Source of the DNA: a virus
Virus record (IMG/VR): IMGVR_UViG_3300050821_003463
Coordinates: 30,544-94,543 of that record
Direction: 5' to 3' (one strand)
Length of the DNA stretch: 64,000 nucleotides
A program made the translations under genes and the position numbers. Positions 19,382 through 30,078 of this stretch are shown piece after piece. The notes beneath the pieces are model-generated. The model made no database searches. It had not been told where the DNA came from and saw nothing but the letters and a program-made list of their open reading frames with translations. Position 1 is the stretch's first letter, and every line of letters starts with the position of its first letter.

Positions 19382-20409
19382 CGAAATTTTCTCCCAGTGG
19401 TAAAAAGGGGCTTGCTCGCACCAGCCGGTAACGCTGGCGTGCCCGCCGCTGCCTGCTGTCGAAGGAACTTCTGGAACGCTTCCTGCTGATCTTCCGGCAT
19501 CAGCGCGACCGGCGCAGCGCTCGGCTTGACGCCTTCTGATAGCATGACCTTCAGGATGTGCTTACACTCTGTACGTGGGGAGTGCTGCGTAAAGTTAGGG
19601 CACGAGCAAGCCCAGCCCTCAGCCGTTGTCGAGCCCTTCGGATTCACAGTGCGACTGACCACGTAGGGTGCCTTCGCCGTGCCTTGCACAGTCCACTGCG
19701 TTGTCCACATCGGGGAGTTCGACTTCGGCAGTTTTCGCACCTCACCGTTCTTCATCGGAGGTGTGACCTTCTTTACCTTCACGAAAGACGGCTTTACGTG
19801 ATCTTCGATATTCACAGTTCCCTTTCCGCTGCAGGCAGGGCAATGCGTGCCCGACCAGTCTGCCTGATTGTGATACAGATTGCAACCGAGACAGCGCACG
19901 ACAGCGTACTCTATCTTCGGTCCAAAGACTTGCGCCCAGCTTTTAATTTTCTGAGAAACCTGCTCCACCGTAGTCGGCGCAGTGATCGTGTCGCCCCACT
20001 TCTCGTACTTCCACATCGGCTTGCCGTCTTCGAGCACTCCACCTGAAGTGTCATTGAGCGCGCGCCGATAGTAGCCCTTCAGGTTGCTGTGGATGGGAAC
20101 TGTAGGTTTTTCTTCCATCGCGTCCGCGTTATCCCAGATACCGGTTATGTCTTTCTGGAACGGAGACGCATAGTGGATGGGGTGTTTCGACAGCGGTATC
20201 CTGGGCGTCTCGTTCGTTATGGTCTTGACCTTCTTGCCGCACTTCGTGCAAGTGAAAACTATCTTGGTGCCCGCCCAGTCTGCTGCGCCCACCGTGTTGA
20301 AGTGCGCGCACTTTGCCTGCTCAACGCGACAGGATGAGCATAGCCCGTCCCCGTGGGGAAAGTCTTCCGTATGGGTCGCGCACTTCGAGCAGTTGACTTT
20401 TGCCATCAC
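19378..20409 (-). CDS. SWIM zinc-finger protein with several CxxC motifs and C-terminal GRKFR
   Basis: WACSCPNF...CKHI. Confidence 0.75.
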   Translation of the reverse strand: MMAKVNCSKCATHTEDFPHGDGLCSSCRVEQAKCAHFNTVGAADWAGTKIVFTCTKCGKKVKTITNETPRIPLSKHPIHYASPFQKDITGIWDNADAMEEKPTVPIHSNLKGYYRRALNDTSGGVLEDGKPMWKYEKWGDTITAPTTVEQVSQKIKSWAQVFGPKIEYAVVRCLGCNLYHNQADWSGTHCPACSGKGTVNIEDHVKPSFVKVKKVTPPMKNGEVRKLPKSNSPMWTTQWTVQGTAKAPYVVSRTVNPKGSTTAEGWACSCPNFTQHSPRTECKHILKVMLSEGVKPSAAPVALMPEDQQEAFQKFLRQQAAAGTPALPAGASKPLFTTGRKFR

Positions 20410-20476
20410 ATCCTCCGGTTAAAAATGAGGCTGGCTACCCGACGGATCGGACCAGCCCCTGCCAACAACAAAAACT

Positions 20477-20569
20477 TTACGCCCGTACCCAGGCTTCCAG
20501 CTTCGCGACGATCCACATCACTTCAAGCAGGATAAACATGCCCAGCCCTTCGGTCACCCATGCGCGCAT
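20477..20569 (-). CDS. 30-aa hydrophobic peptide
   Basis: MRAWVTEGLGMFILLEVMWIVAKLEAWVRA after GGGAGG RBS. Confidence 0.5.
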   Translation of the reverse strand: MRAWVTEGLGMFILLEVMWIVAKLEAWVRA

Positions 20570-21019
20570 AGAACCCTCCCGTGTACTTTGTATACTGATG
20601 CTCCAATCCCGTTAGACTGGAGCACCAATTTGGCGTCATGCCCGTTCTTTGCGTTTACAGCCCGTTTAAGCGCCCCAGGTTTCGTGGGGTGCCTGAGACT
20701 CACCTTTGCCCTCCGACCCCCTGTTTTCGGGCGGGAAAGTGGGTACGTTTGCGGGTACAGTGAGCCCGCAGCACCCACATCGCCAGGACACCCCGTACTT
20801 TTGGGGTCGGGGGAGTCCGCAGCGAGGACAGCTCATCGAGTCCTCCGCGCCTGCTCGCCCTCATCCTCCCACCCCGTGTACGGCTCAGGGGTAGGCTGCT
20901 GGCGACAGTCGGCGCATAGGAGTTCCGTCTCGCTCACGGTCACGCCACACGCACCGCACAGGTTAACCCGTGGCTTGCGCTGTTGGTTGATGCGGGCTTC
21001 CTTCGCTCCGTACGACATG

Positions 21020-21439
21020 TCAATTTCCTCCTGCGGCTGCTGCCGCTGCTAGATTCAAGCTGATGATATGCGGAAAGCAGGCATCAGTATGGTACTGCTT
21101 CGCTGTGAAGTCAACATAAAAATACGATGTCTTGACGATGGCGTGCCAGGATGACTTGTTATAGGCAGCGCTGTCGTGCTTGCCGAGGGAGTAGAGCGTT
21201 GGATCGGGGTTATGCTGTCCAAAGGCGTAGTCGACTCCATGCGGATAGATGCTGAAGTCGTAGCGAGATAGTTCTCCCTGGTAGCCCTCTGTGCGTGCAA
21301 AGCGGATGAAGGCGTCGCTCGTGCTATCGCACATGCAGTACGCACCGTCGGGAGTGTCGAGCCCGTACAGCCCGGGCTCGCAGTTCTTGCTATGCCGAGA
21401 CTCCGCGAACTTCTCGATGAGTTTCATGAGTTCATCCAT
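21020..21439 (-). CDS. Papain/transglutaminase-like small protein
   Basis: CMCDSTS...WHAIV...VDFTAKQY (Cys-His-Asp order). Confidence 0.5.
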   Translation of the reverse strand: MDELMKLIEKFAESRHSKNCEPGLYGLDTPDGAYCMCDSTSDAFIRFARTEGYQGELSRYDFSIYPHGVDYAFGQHNPDPTLYSLGKHDSAAYNKSSWHAIVKTSYFYVDFTAKQYHTDACFPHIISLNLAAAAAAGGN

Positions 21440-22786
21440 CGCTAGTTGCCCTCGAAGAACAGATTGTTGTGTTCGTGTTCACGCTCCAATGCCACAATGA
21501 GCACACGTATCGCAGCCTTCCCTCGTTCCGTCAGAGGGTCGTTGATCATCCAGAACTTCAGGCGTCGTGCCACTTCGTCGAAGTTAAGCCTGTGGTCCCT
21601 GGTGTACAAGCGACCGTCACCGCTGTAGTAGATATCTTCCTGTGGCATAGTTTCCTCCGAGTGAAATGATCGAGCGGGTTGGTGGTCCCCGCCCGATTTT
21701 ACTGAGACGACTTAGCGCGCCTCGTTGCTCCACGCCTCAGCGGGAATCGTTGCATTAGCTTCCGGTGCATTTTATATGAGTGCCATCGTGCAACGTCCAG
21801 AGAGTCCGACAAAGCGACCCCCTGGGAAGAGGTTTGCCACATGAGGAGCAGCGATCCTCGCGTGCGATCTTGCCGATGGCGGACTGTATGACATCAGTGA
21901 GCGGGATTGACTTGCTGACCGGCGCGCGTAGCCCTTTGATGATCGATAGCGCGCCGCGTCTATCGCTCACATGCATGCCGCCCAGCTTCGAGCGTTTCAG
22001 CATGAGTTGTGCGAGCAGTATAACGGGGGAGTCCGGTACGCCGACGCCCCAGTTATCCATTCTTAGCTCCTAACTGCTGCTGCTTGTGAGCGTCGAGCCG
22101 TTTTCCAACTGCGTCGCCCAGGTCATTTACATTTGATTTCACAGCCAGCGTACTGTTTGACGGTGCGTTGAAGAGGACGAGATCGTACACACAACCCTCG
22201 CACTCTTGGATGCCGACGTACTTCGCGCCAGCCTTCTCGACTTGCTGCTTGAGATACTGCTCGTAGACATCATCCAGCATTCGCTTCATTGATTCCTTCC
22301 GTAGATACAGCCTATGCCGTACATCGCAGCGTCGATTACCTTCTTCGCCGCCCGCAGCGTCATGCTACGGGGGCGAAGCACAAGGCGAGCGACGCGTCGC
22401 CAGTAGACGTCACGCTCCGCTGCTGTGTAGAGTAGCGCGTCCCTCATCGTTTGCCTCGATTCAGTTCCGCGTTCAACCTCTGGAACGGAGTCTCGGCGCG
22501 GGGAGGTGGAGTCGCGAGGACGCAGAGTACAGGGAAGCCACAGATGGTCTGTTCAACCAGCCGTGTCTTGAACCCGACAGAGCGCAGGCTGAGCGCTCTC
22601 GCGATAGCTTGATTCAACCCTGCGACTGTTAAAGGAAGCGTACAACTGATCTCTTCCATAAGATTCTCCTCAAGAGTTTGGTTGCGACGTGGACAGCGAC
22701 AGCGATAAAGTTGATGGTTGACAGAAGAATAGCATACCACATCAGCCATAGATCGGGGTGCGTGAAGTGCCCGTGATAGAACATGC

Positions 22787-23288
22787 TCACCTCGTGCAGT
22801 AAAAACCCTGTTCGATGAGCAGCCACACGAACCCGATTCGATTGATAAATCCAGGTCGCTGCACCATCAGTGACTTGATTGGCGTAGGGAGTTCAAAAGG
22901 CGGCATCACGAAGGTCACACAGCCCTCGCAGCCTGTCTTGTTGGAGCGCGACGGTGCGACGTGGTAGCCCTCGCCCTCTTTGAGTTCTGCCCCACAGGTC
23001 AGCTTGCGGTACTGCTGGCGCACTGCGAAGTCCATCTCAGGGCACTGCGCTTCTAGGTGCAGGCTGGTCTGCGCTTCAGGAGTGCGCAGGTAGTCTATGA
23101 ACCGGTCGAACTCTGCGACCTCTGAGTCGTGGGGAGAGAGCACAGTGAGGGAACGCGGGACGCGTGAAGCGGGGACAGGTTTCAGCGAGTTGGTCTTGAC
23201 GGTGAACTCGTTGTCGTTATCATCCCGTATCTTTGAGAGGGTGCCGGATTGCTCCAGCACCTCCACAGTTGACTTGCGATAGATCATG
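22787..23288 (-). CDS. Hypothetical protein
   Basis: Long ORF in minus-strand early block; start approximate. Confidence 0.5.
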
Positions 23289-23474
23289 AGTGACATTATC
23301 GGCTCCCTACAGGCAGAACGCGAGCCGCGCCTGTGGCGGTATCAAATTCTACGGATATGTATTCATCATATTCGATGAACTTATCTTTCAGCGCAACAGT
23401 AGCGCTCGCGGCATTCATATACTCGCCTTCTGTTGCGTAGTCGGGGTCCTTGAACGTGCAGATGAATTTTGCCA

Positions 23475-23906
23475 TCACCGCACCTCCTGATCGAGCAGAT
23501 GGTTGACGATGATTGCCTTGCCCTTCGCGATGCAGCCAGGGCACGTCACAACCCAGGTATCCAAGTAGCAGCGGGTCACTGCGCCAGCCTTAGCACAGAG
23601 CGTGCTGCCTTCCTGGATAACGTGGCTGTTGGTTTCGACATCGTACGCGCTGGTGTTCAGGATGTGAAAGTGATGCTCCCCTGCGACCAGCACCGTATTG
23701 AACGGCAGAAGCTTCTGCACGTCTCCGTCTGCGATGCTGCGTTTGAGTACCTCGCGCTCCAGCCGATCAAAGTCAAGTATGATTAGCGTTGCCGTGGGTG
23801 TGAGTAAGTCGACGCTTGGGTCGACAACGTCAAACGTGGTGGATGCCTTGGCGAGCGCTGCTCGAAGTTCAGACTGGCGCAAAGCTTGATATTGAAATTC
23901 GTTCAT
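23475..23906 (-). CDS. Hypothetical protein
   Basis: Coupled ORF with VTCPGC. Confidence 0.5.
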   Translation of the reverse strand: MNEFQYQALRQSELRAALAKASTTFDVVDPSVDLLTPTATLIILDFDRLEREVLKRSIADGDVQKLLPFNTVLVAGEHHFHILNTSAYDVETNSHVIQEGSTLCAKAGAVTRCYLDTWVVTCPGCIAKGKAIIVNHLLDQEVR

Positions 23907-24247
23907 AGGGTTACCTTTCGCTTGGCGAGTTCCGCCAAAAGTTCGAACGTTGAAAAATTTTTCAGAGTCTTTCGTCCCTTCGGATGCCTCTGGTTTTTAA
24001 TGCTCTGCCTGCGGGTTGCCCACCGTACGTTGCCTACAGCATAATGCCCATCGTTTTCAATTCGGTCAAGCATGCGACGTGAGGGGCGTTTGCCGAGTTC
24101 TGCGAAGAACTCCTCGAATGAGGTGAACAGGAATTTTATTCCCCGTCCACCATAATTCGGGAAGTCTGTGCAATTCGGATTCGTGCAACGATTACGAGCA
24201 TCGTAGTAAGCCCGCCATTCGACGGGGTGTGTCTTGTAGGGTTTCAT
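23903..24247 (-). CDS. HNH-type homing endonuclease-like protein
   Basis: RCTNPN...YGGRGI...LDRIENDGHYAVGNVRWAT. Confidence 0.8.
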   Translation of the reverse strand: MKPYKTHPVEWRAYYDARNRCTNPNCTDFPNYGGRGIKFLFTSFEEFFAELGKRPSRRMLDRIENDGHYAVGNVRWATRRQSIKNQRHPKGRKTLKNFSTFELLAELAKRKVTL

Positions 24248-24249
24248 GT

Positions 24250-24465
24250 TTACTGCTTCAGCGTGTTCTTGTGCTGAGCAGGCTTGTTGAATTCACCCTT
24301 GTGTGTGACCTTCACGGTTTGCCCGATTGCATTCCCGAAAGCCTGTGCGACTGCGTCGCAGCCTTTGCCCTGGTACCCATTCAGGTCTACCGTTTGGTCG
24401 CCGGTGGCGATGTCAATGTTGATGGTGATTATCTTAGCCAAAGTGCCCTCACTTTCGGTTGTCAA
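24250..24465 (-). CDS. DUF2997-like protein
   Basis: ITINID..G...LNGYQGKGC...KGEF; adjacent to DUF1257-like gene. Confidence 0.7.
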   Translation of the reverse strand: MTTESEGTLAKIITINIDIATGDQTVDLNGYQGKGCDAVAQAFGNAIGQTVKVTHKGEFNKPAQHKNTLKQ

Positions 24466-24856
24466 TGAATTGGAGTTGAACTTTCCCGTTGACGATCTTC
24501 TTGCCGAGGAACTGCAGACCGTTCTTGCGCGCGGTCTTCATGTCCACCTTCTCGGTATACGCGACCTTCAGTTTCGTCATCCAGGTAGCGTCGTGCTTGT
24601 TGCTATCGTAGTCGCTGACGATTGCGCTGTAGGTCCCGTCCGCTGCTTTGACAAAGCCGAGATCGTTCGCTGCGCTACCTATGTGCTGGCGGCGCACGAT
24701 GACGTTGGCTGTCTGTGCTCGCTTGTCGCCGTGATAGCCGAACAAGTTCTGTGCGACTTCGTTCACTTCCACGTTCTTGTAGCCCATCTCACCAAGGGCT
24801 TCGACAAGACAGTCGCGATCTTTGTACTGTGTCTTCTGTGTGTGGTATGCGCTCAT
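24449..24856 (-). CDS. DUF1257 (Ycf35-like) protein
   Basis: LVEALGEMGY, GYHG, NDLGF...YSAIVSDYD. Confidence 0.75.
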   Translation of the reverse strand: MSAYHTQKTQYKDRDCLVEALGEMGYKNVEVNEVAQNLFGYHGDKRAQTANVIVRRQHIGSAANDLGFVKAADGTYSAIVSDYDSNKHDATWMTKLKVAYTEKVDMKTARKNGLQFLGKKIVNGKVQLQFIDNRK

Positions 24857-25131
24857 GCTATTCGTTCTCCCTTCGAATTTGTTTGCCCGCGTTGACGAGA
24901 ATGTCGATTACGTTAACGGCGTCTTGCTGTGAAAGTTTGCCCGCGTTCATCGACCAGCCGACATACAATAGCGCGTGGGATATCTTGAGATACCCGGGTG
25001 TGTGCCACGGTTGCTTCATCGTGTTCCCCTCTCATAATAGTTGGCGCGCGCTTCGAGTGCTGCGCGCTTTGCCTGTGATCCGCGCCGCCACATGTAGACC
25101 AGCGCGACGATTGCGAGACTGAAGATAACTT

Positions 25132-25590
25132 TCATAGTGTCCTCTCAGCAAAGAATTTATTGAGGAAGGCGATCTCCGCACTGATAGCTGCTTGTCTGTC
25201 GTGCGTCGTGAACGTCCGGTGATCCATCCACGCAGCGACGGGCGACGGTGCGACATGCTCCCAGGTTAGAACAGGTCCGCCGACAGGGGACGTATCGACT
25301 CGCCACTCGCATGCCCACGTTCGTGTCCACGCTGCGACCTTGCTCGTGTCGCTGGAGAGTATACGAAGTAGATTGAAGGCGAGACGCAGTAGCCAGCCTG
25401 CGGGTTCTACGTGCGACGCGCGCTTCGTGATCACCTCTCCGAGTTCGAGGAAGCAATCTGCGCTGTCGGTCTTCAGGAAGACTTGGTCACCATTCTCATC
25501 TATCGTGACGGTGATAATCTTGTGCGCTGGAATCGGGAACGTCTTGGGATATCGCGCGTCGTACCCTTCAGGTTTTGAGATGTGCTTCAC
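25132..25590 (-). CDS. Hypothetical protein, part of AAA module
   Basis: RASHVEP...WRVDTSPVGGPVL...DRQAAISAEIAFL. Confidence 0.6.
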   Translation of the reverse strand: MKHISKPEGYDARYPKTFPIPAHKIITVTIDENGDQVFLKTDSADCFLELGEVITKRASHVEPAGWLLRLAFNLLRILSSDTSKVAAWTRTWACEWRVDTSPVGGPVLTWEHVAPSPVAAWMDHRTFTTHDRQAAISAEIAFLNKFFAERTL

Positions 25591-25649
25591 AGATGTTCTC
25601 CAGTGTTATAGAGGTGAGGGGCGGCTGTGTGAGCCCGCCCCTGTTGAGT

Positions 25650-26560
25650 CTAGCGAAACTTTCTGCCAGAGGTGATAACCATCGTCTTCAGTTCAGCGCG
25701 TACGCCTTCGAGTTGAGAGATGACGTACTGTTGAAGGTTGCCCGACTCTTTCAGGCGTTCGACCGTGACACCCTGCATCGCGTTCTTCACGACTTGCATG
25801 TTCTTCATGAAGTCCACGTCGTTCGCGAGATCACGATCAGGCAGCGTGTCGAGGAACTCTTGCAGGTGCTCGACGTGACAGCCGTACATCTTCTTCGTCT
25901 TGCCCGCTTCAGGCTTGAGCATCGCGAAGAGTGCGTCGACCATCTCAGCACCAGCCAAGCGCATCGCATCGCGCCACTCGATAACAGCCTGCATGCGGAT
26001 GCTGCGTTCCTTCTCCTGCTCACGGGCGATAATGATATCGCTCATGCCGGTGAGGTTCACGCTGCCGACGTTGCGGTAGTTGAACTCCAGAACGAAGCCA
26101 GCCTCTACTGTGTCGCTCGCTGGATAGTCGCTCCGGTCAAAGTTCTCAGCAAGAACCTCGCGCAGCGGTTGAAAGTCTACCGCTTCGAGTTCCCTGTACT
26201 TCGTCATGAACGCCTCGACTAACTTGGGGCGTCGAATCGTCTGGTATGCGACGATGGCGCGGTCCACTTCGTTCAGCCACTTGCGCGGAAGGAAGCGCGT
26301 TGCCTCGCGATACCAGCATGACTTGGACTCGACGTAGCGCTTCAGGAAGCCGTCCTGTGAGCGAATCTCTTCGAGTTCGGGTGAGTCCATCAGGCGTTTC
26401 TGGTGACGCAGTTCACTCGCCTGTGTAGCGGTTTCGACTTTCAGATTCTTGATCTGGCGCATGCGACCGATGCCCATGCGGAAGTTGATGGTGATTGAGA
26501 CGCAGCTTTCAGTCTTGCTCAGGTCAACGTTCGCGACGGGTGCCACTGCGGGTGATGCCA
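25650..26560 (-). CDS. DUF3150-like helical protein with C-terminal GRKFR
   Basis: FDRSDYP motif; position next to Ycf46-like ATPase; start may be 26576. Confidence 0.5.
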
Positions 26561-26703
26561 TTTTATTTTCTCCCATAAGAAGTTTGTGGCGCGATTTATT
26601 TTGTGACTACGTCGCGCCGTCGGTCAGCCTGAGCCGCCGTGCTTACTGCGACTTCAGTTCACTACAGTTTAACGTCATGGAGTGAGCGTATGGACGGTTG
26701 CTA

Positions 26704-28254
26704 CTACCGCATCTTGCGTCCTTCCGTTATCTTCACGGTCGGCGCGTGCTTGGTTGCGGGTGGAGTGTACTTGTAGACGCCCTGGTTAGATGCCGACAGG
26801 AAGCGGTCGGTAGCTCCAGCGCGTAGCACCTCCATCTCTTCTTTATGACTGGTCATCAGAGGGATGATGTATTGACCAGCATCTTCCAGCGTGACGCGCA
26901 TCTTCCGCGCCTTGTTAGCGCAGTTCTTGATGTCGCGCCCAGTCCAGCCCGTCATGTCGGGGTAGGTCTGTGCGGGGAGTTTGTTCGCTGTAACTTTCAG
27001 GTCCATGATGCCCTTCTTCTCTTCGTCGTTCGGCGCATCAAAGAAGAAGATGTCAGCGAAGCGGGAGAGCAGTTCGGGCGGTAGACCGTCCAGTTTGTTT
27101 GCGGTTGCGATGAGCCACACGCGACCGTCGCTAATGGATTGCACGGTGTGATTCGCGCTCACCATGTTTTTGTTCGAGTTGCCAACCAGTGAGTCTTGCA
27201 TTTTTGAGATGCTGTAGTCGATGACTGGCTTGTCGAACTCACCAGCGATGCAGTCGATGCTGTGCGACTTAGACGAGCCCGGTACACCCAGGAACAACGA
27301 GCAGTAGATGTCGTTATCGTTCACCCAGGTCAGCCACTCGCCAAGTAGGTCACCCTTGACGCCGCTGCTGTCGGTGTCGTTCCCTGAGAACTGGCGTTGT
27401 ATCTCATCCATCCTCAGAATCACGGTGGGTGATTGCTCACCAGTCATCAGCTTGCGACCGTATGCCTTGATCGATTCAACCCCGTACAGGTCCTTCAACT
27501 TCAGACCACCTGCGCGGTAGGTCAAACCTTTCTGCTGGGAGACGATAGTCTTCTTGCGAAGCCACAGCGTCTCGATATCCAAAATGCCCTTCGCTTTGTC
27601 CAAGCACATCGCAGTCGCCTGCTCTGCTGGGAAGAGAGGGATTCCGATGAGTGCGTCAACAGCGTTCAAGACTACCGCTTCACTCGGTCCAGCCTTGCAC
27701 GCTGCGTACTTCACTTTGTCACTCGCGTATGCGTACGCGTATGTCTCGCGGACGATTGCTGCGAGTTCAGCGCGCGTCGGCAGTGGATGCTCTAGCACCA
27801 GCGTGTCTTGCTGCAACACGACTGGGATGCTGTCACCGATTCCGAGGAGTAGCACGCACATGTTACCGCGCGCCTTGTAATCGTTGCGCAGATTGGCAAC
27901 ACCCTGGATGACTTTCTTGTCATCGTCCCAGGTGAGCTGCGGATTGAGGATGAATGCGAGGACATCTTCCTGCGCTGCTTCGAGGATGCCAAGCGCGATG
28001 GGCAGGTCAACCGATGCGCCGACTTCCATGCCGCTCTCGCTCGCCATCTTCTGTAGAGCGCTCGTGCCAGCGTCTGTAAGCCCGCGTAGCCCGTGGATGC
28101 TGTCCCAGGCTATGAAGGGGGTGACCTCTGCGAGTTCAGCGCCCAGCGAAGCCTGTATCGTCGTAATGGTCGACGTAGGATCGAAGGTGCGGATAGCGAC
28201 GGTCGGGGTCGATACCGCGCGTGCGTCAGTGAACATCTCAATGAATGACTTCAT
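26704..28254 (-). CDS. Ycf46-like AAA+ ATPase with rearranged Walker motifs, C-terminal GRKMR
   Basis: MDEIQ, GVPGSSKS, IATAN, LPPELLSRF, FFFDAP, WTGRDI. Confidence 0.85.
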   Translation of the reverse strand: MKSFIEMFTDARAVSTPTVAIRTFDPTSTITTIQASLGAELAEVTPFIAWDSIHGLRGLTDAGTSALQKMASESGMEVGASVDLPIALGILEAAQEDVLAFILNPQLTWDDDKKVIQGVANLRNDYKARGNMCVLLLGIGDSIPVVLQQDTLVLEHPLPTRAELAAIVRETYAYAYASDKVKYAACKAGPSEAVVLNAVDALIGIPLFPAEQATAMCLDKAKGILDIETLWLRKKTIVSQQKGLTYRAGGLKLKDLYGVESIKAYGRKLMTGEQSPTVILRMDEIQRQFSGNDTDSSGVKGDLLGEWLTWVNDNDIYCSLFLGVPGSSKSHSIDCIAGEFDKPVIDYSISKMQDSLVGNSNKNMVSANHTVQSISDGRVWLIATANKLDGLPPELLSRFADIFFFDAPNDEEKKGIMDLKVTANKLPAQTYPDMTGWTGRDIKNCANKARKMRVTLEDAGQYIIPLMTSHKEEMEVLRAGATDRFLSASNQGVYKYTPPATKHAPTVKITEGRKMR

Positions 28255-28456
28255 GTTATTTTCTCCTCCGAGTAGGCCAGTAGTGATCCGCGAGTCCGTT
28301 CAAGGAACTCACCGTGAGATACAGTACCGCCAGAAATCCTATCGTGTGCATGGTGTGCTCCTGTTGACGTAGTCGCTTCGCGCAACACTCGGCTCAGGAT
28401 TTTCGCAGGAGCAATAATTGCACGAGTGCTGCGCGAGGCAACTGCCTCGCTGTCGG

Positions 28457-28705
28457 TTAGAGTTCTTCGAGTCGAGGTGCGGTGCGATACACCAGACCGG
28501 GGGTGAGCCGTTCTTTGAACGCGGCATCATCCAGCGCACTCTGCCAGCGCGACCAGTCATCAGGCCACGCGCCCCACAGTGTCCAGCGCGTGACTGCGTT
28601 CTTGCAAGCGGTGAGCACTGCGCCGTAGCCTTTTTTCTCGGCGCGGGTGAGTGCTGCCTTTAATTTCGGTCCCTCTTGTTTCGCGAGTGCGTAGTCGATT
28701 GGCAT
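28457..28705 (-). CDS. Hypothetical early protein
   Basis: AGGAG RBS; GAWPDDWSRWQ. Confidence 0.55.
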   Translation of the reverse strand: MPIDYALAKQEGPKLKAALTRAEKKGYGAVLTACKNAVTRWTLWGAWPDDWSRWQSALDDAAFKERLTPGLVYRTAPRLEEL

Positions 28706-28988
28706 GTTGTCTCCTAGATGAAGCGGGTTCTAATCTTAGCGCCCAACGTCCAGCATGGACGCGGCGCGCCAAGGTTCTGTGAGCTGAAGGGGTAGTTCAC
28801 GAAGGGGTCGTGTATATTCAGTGCCTGCTCGAAGCTTATCGAGCGCTCACGAGTAGTGCGGAACGCGCGTCCACTCTCGTGTACCGTGATTGATATTTTC
28901 ATGATGCCCTCTCTACGTTGCTGCTCACAGTGCCGCAGCGCATTCAGAAGCCGCTTGGTGCGGCGCGTACTTCGTTGCATAGACCCTC

Positions 28989-29525
28989 CTACTGATGGCA
29001 CAAGCCTGATTGGATGAGCGATACTGCAGTGCGCCCGTAGCTGCCCTGCAGCGACCACGCCATGCCGTTGTCGATGAGGTGCTGGAAGAGGATCACCAAG
29101 TCATCCTGTTCGAGTTCACCGTTTTCAAACGCGATGATGTTGCCAGTGATATCATACTGCGCTCGCACGTTCTTCTGTGCGAAGTTCGTAATGATATACG
29201 CGATGCCCTGCTCGAAGGTGCCGTCACTGTTCTTGCTACCCAACCCGCCGAATGACTTCGAGCCGGTGGGCAGTGAGACGTGGATGCTAGCAGAGCCAAA
29301 GCACTCGCCGTTCGATGCGTGTGAGACGCCGTACTTGATATTGAAACCACCAGGGAGAGTCGGTTTAGCGAACGCCTGCTCCCTGTAGCAGAGCGAAGCG
29401 TATGAGTAAGCGGTGCCTTTCACGTAAGCGACCGATACGCCAGCGCGTTCAAGCTGTGCTTGGATTGACTTCAAGCGACTGTAGATGCGTGAGGTGATCT
29501 GCTTACTGCTCAGTCCTGCGCCCAT
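28989..29525 (-). CDS. Hypothetical early protein
   Basis: C-terminal LFQHLIDNGMAWSLQGSYGRTA, typical of phage early genes. Confidence 0.6.
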   Translation of the reverse strand: MGAGLSSKQITSRIYSRLKSIQAQLERAGVSVAYVKGTAYSYASLCYREQAFAKPTLPGGFNIKYGVSHASNGECFGSASIHVSLPTGSKSFGGLGSKNSDGTFEQGIAYIITNFAQKNVRAQYDITGNIIAFENGELEQDDLVILFQHLIDNGMAWSLQGSYGRTAVSLIQSGLCHQ

Positions 29526-30041
29526 GATGTGCTCCTAAAAGAGAGATTGAATAGCCTGCACAGCACCTCGCTCGCCCTTCTGTCATCTAGCGGACAGTCC
29601 AAGGCAACCACGGGGCACTGTGCAGAGCACTCAGCCCTGTTCGCGCGGCCTATATACTCTTGTGCGCGATTGTGAAGTCGAGCAGGTTGAAGTCATGCTT
29701 GACGCGTTTGAATGCTTGGTGAAGGATGTCCGCTGTATCGAGCAGCGCCTGTCCCTCTGCAGTCTTCCACGTCGTAGTGCTGTAGGCTTCGCGCAAATAC
29801 AAGTACGCGTTGCCCAGGGTATCGAGCGCCAGGACAGTCTGAAGGCCCTTGTTGTTTCGCTTGTAGCTCACTGTTTGATCTCCTTTGCCGTGTGCTTAGG
29901 ACACGGTGTGTAATCGCCCTTCGTACGCCAGAGGCAATTCGGAACCGGACAGAACTGCTCAGGATGTTTTTCTTTCGAGAGACGAACTGCTTTTGCAACG
30001 CTACCGTGTGTCATGGTGCTCCTAGTGATAAAGTCGAGGTG

Positions 30042-30078
30042 AAAAAGGTGGGGACCGAGTTCACTAGGCTCAGTCCCC
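30042..30078 (-). terminator. Intrinsic terminator-like hairpin
   Basis: GGGGAC...GTCCCC stem followed by U-run on the minus strand. Confidence 0.55.
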
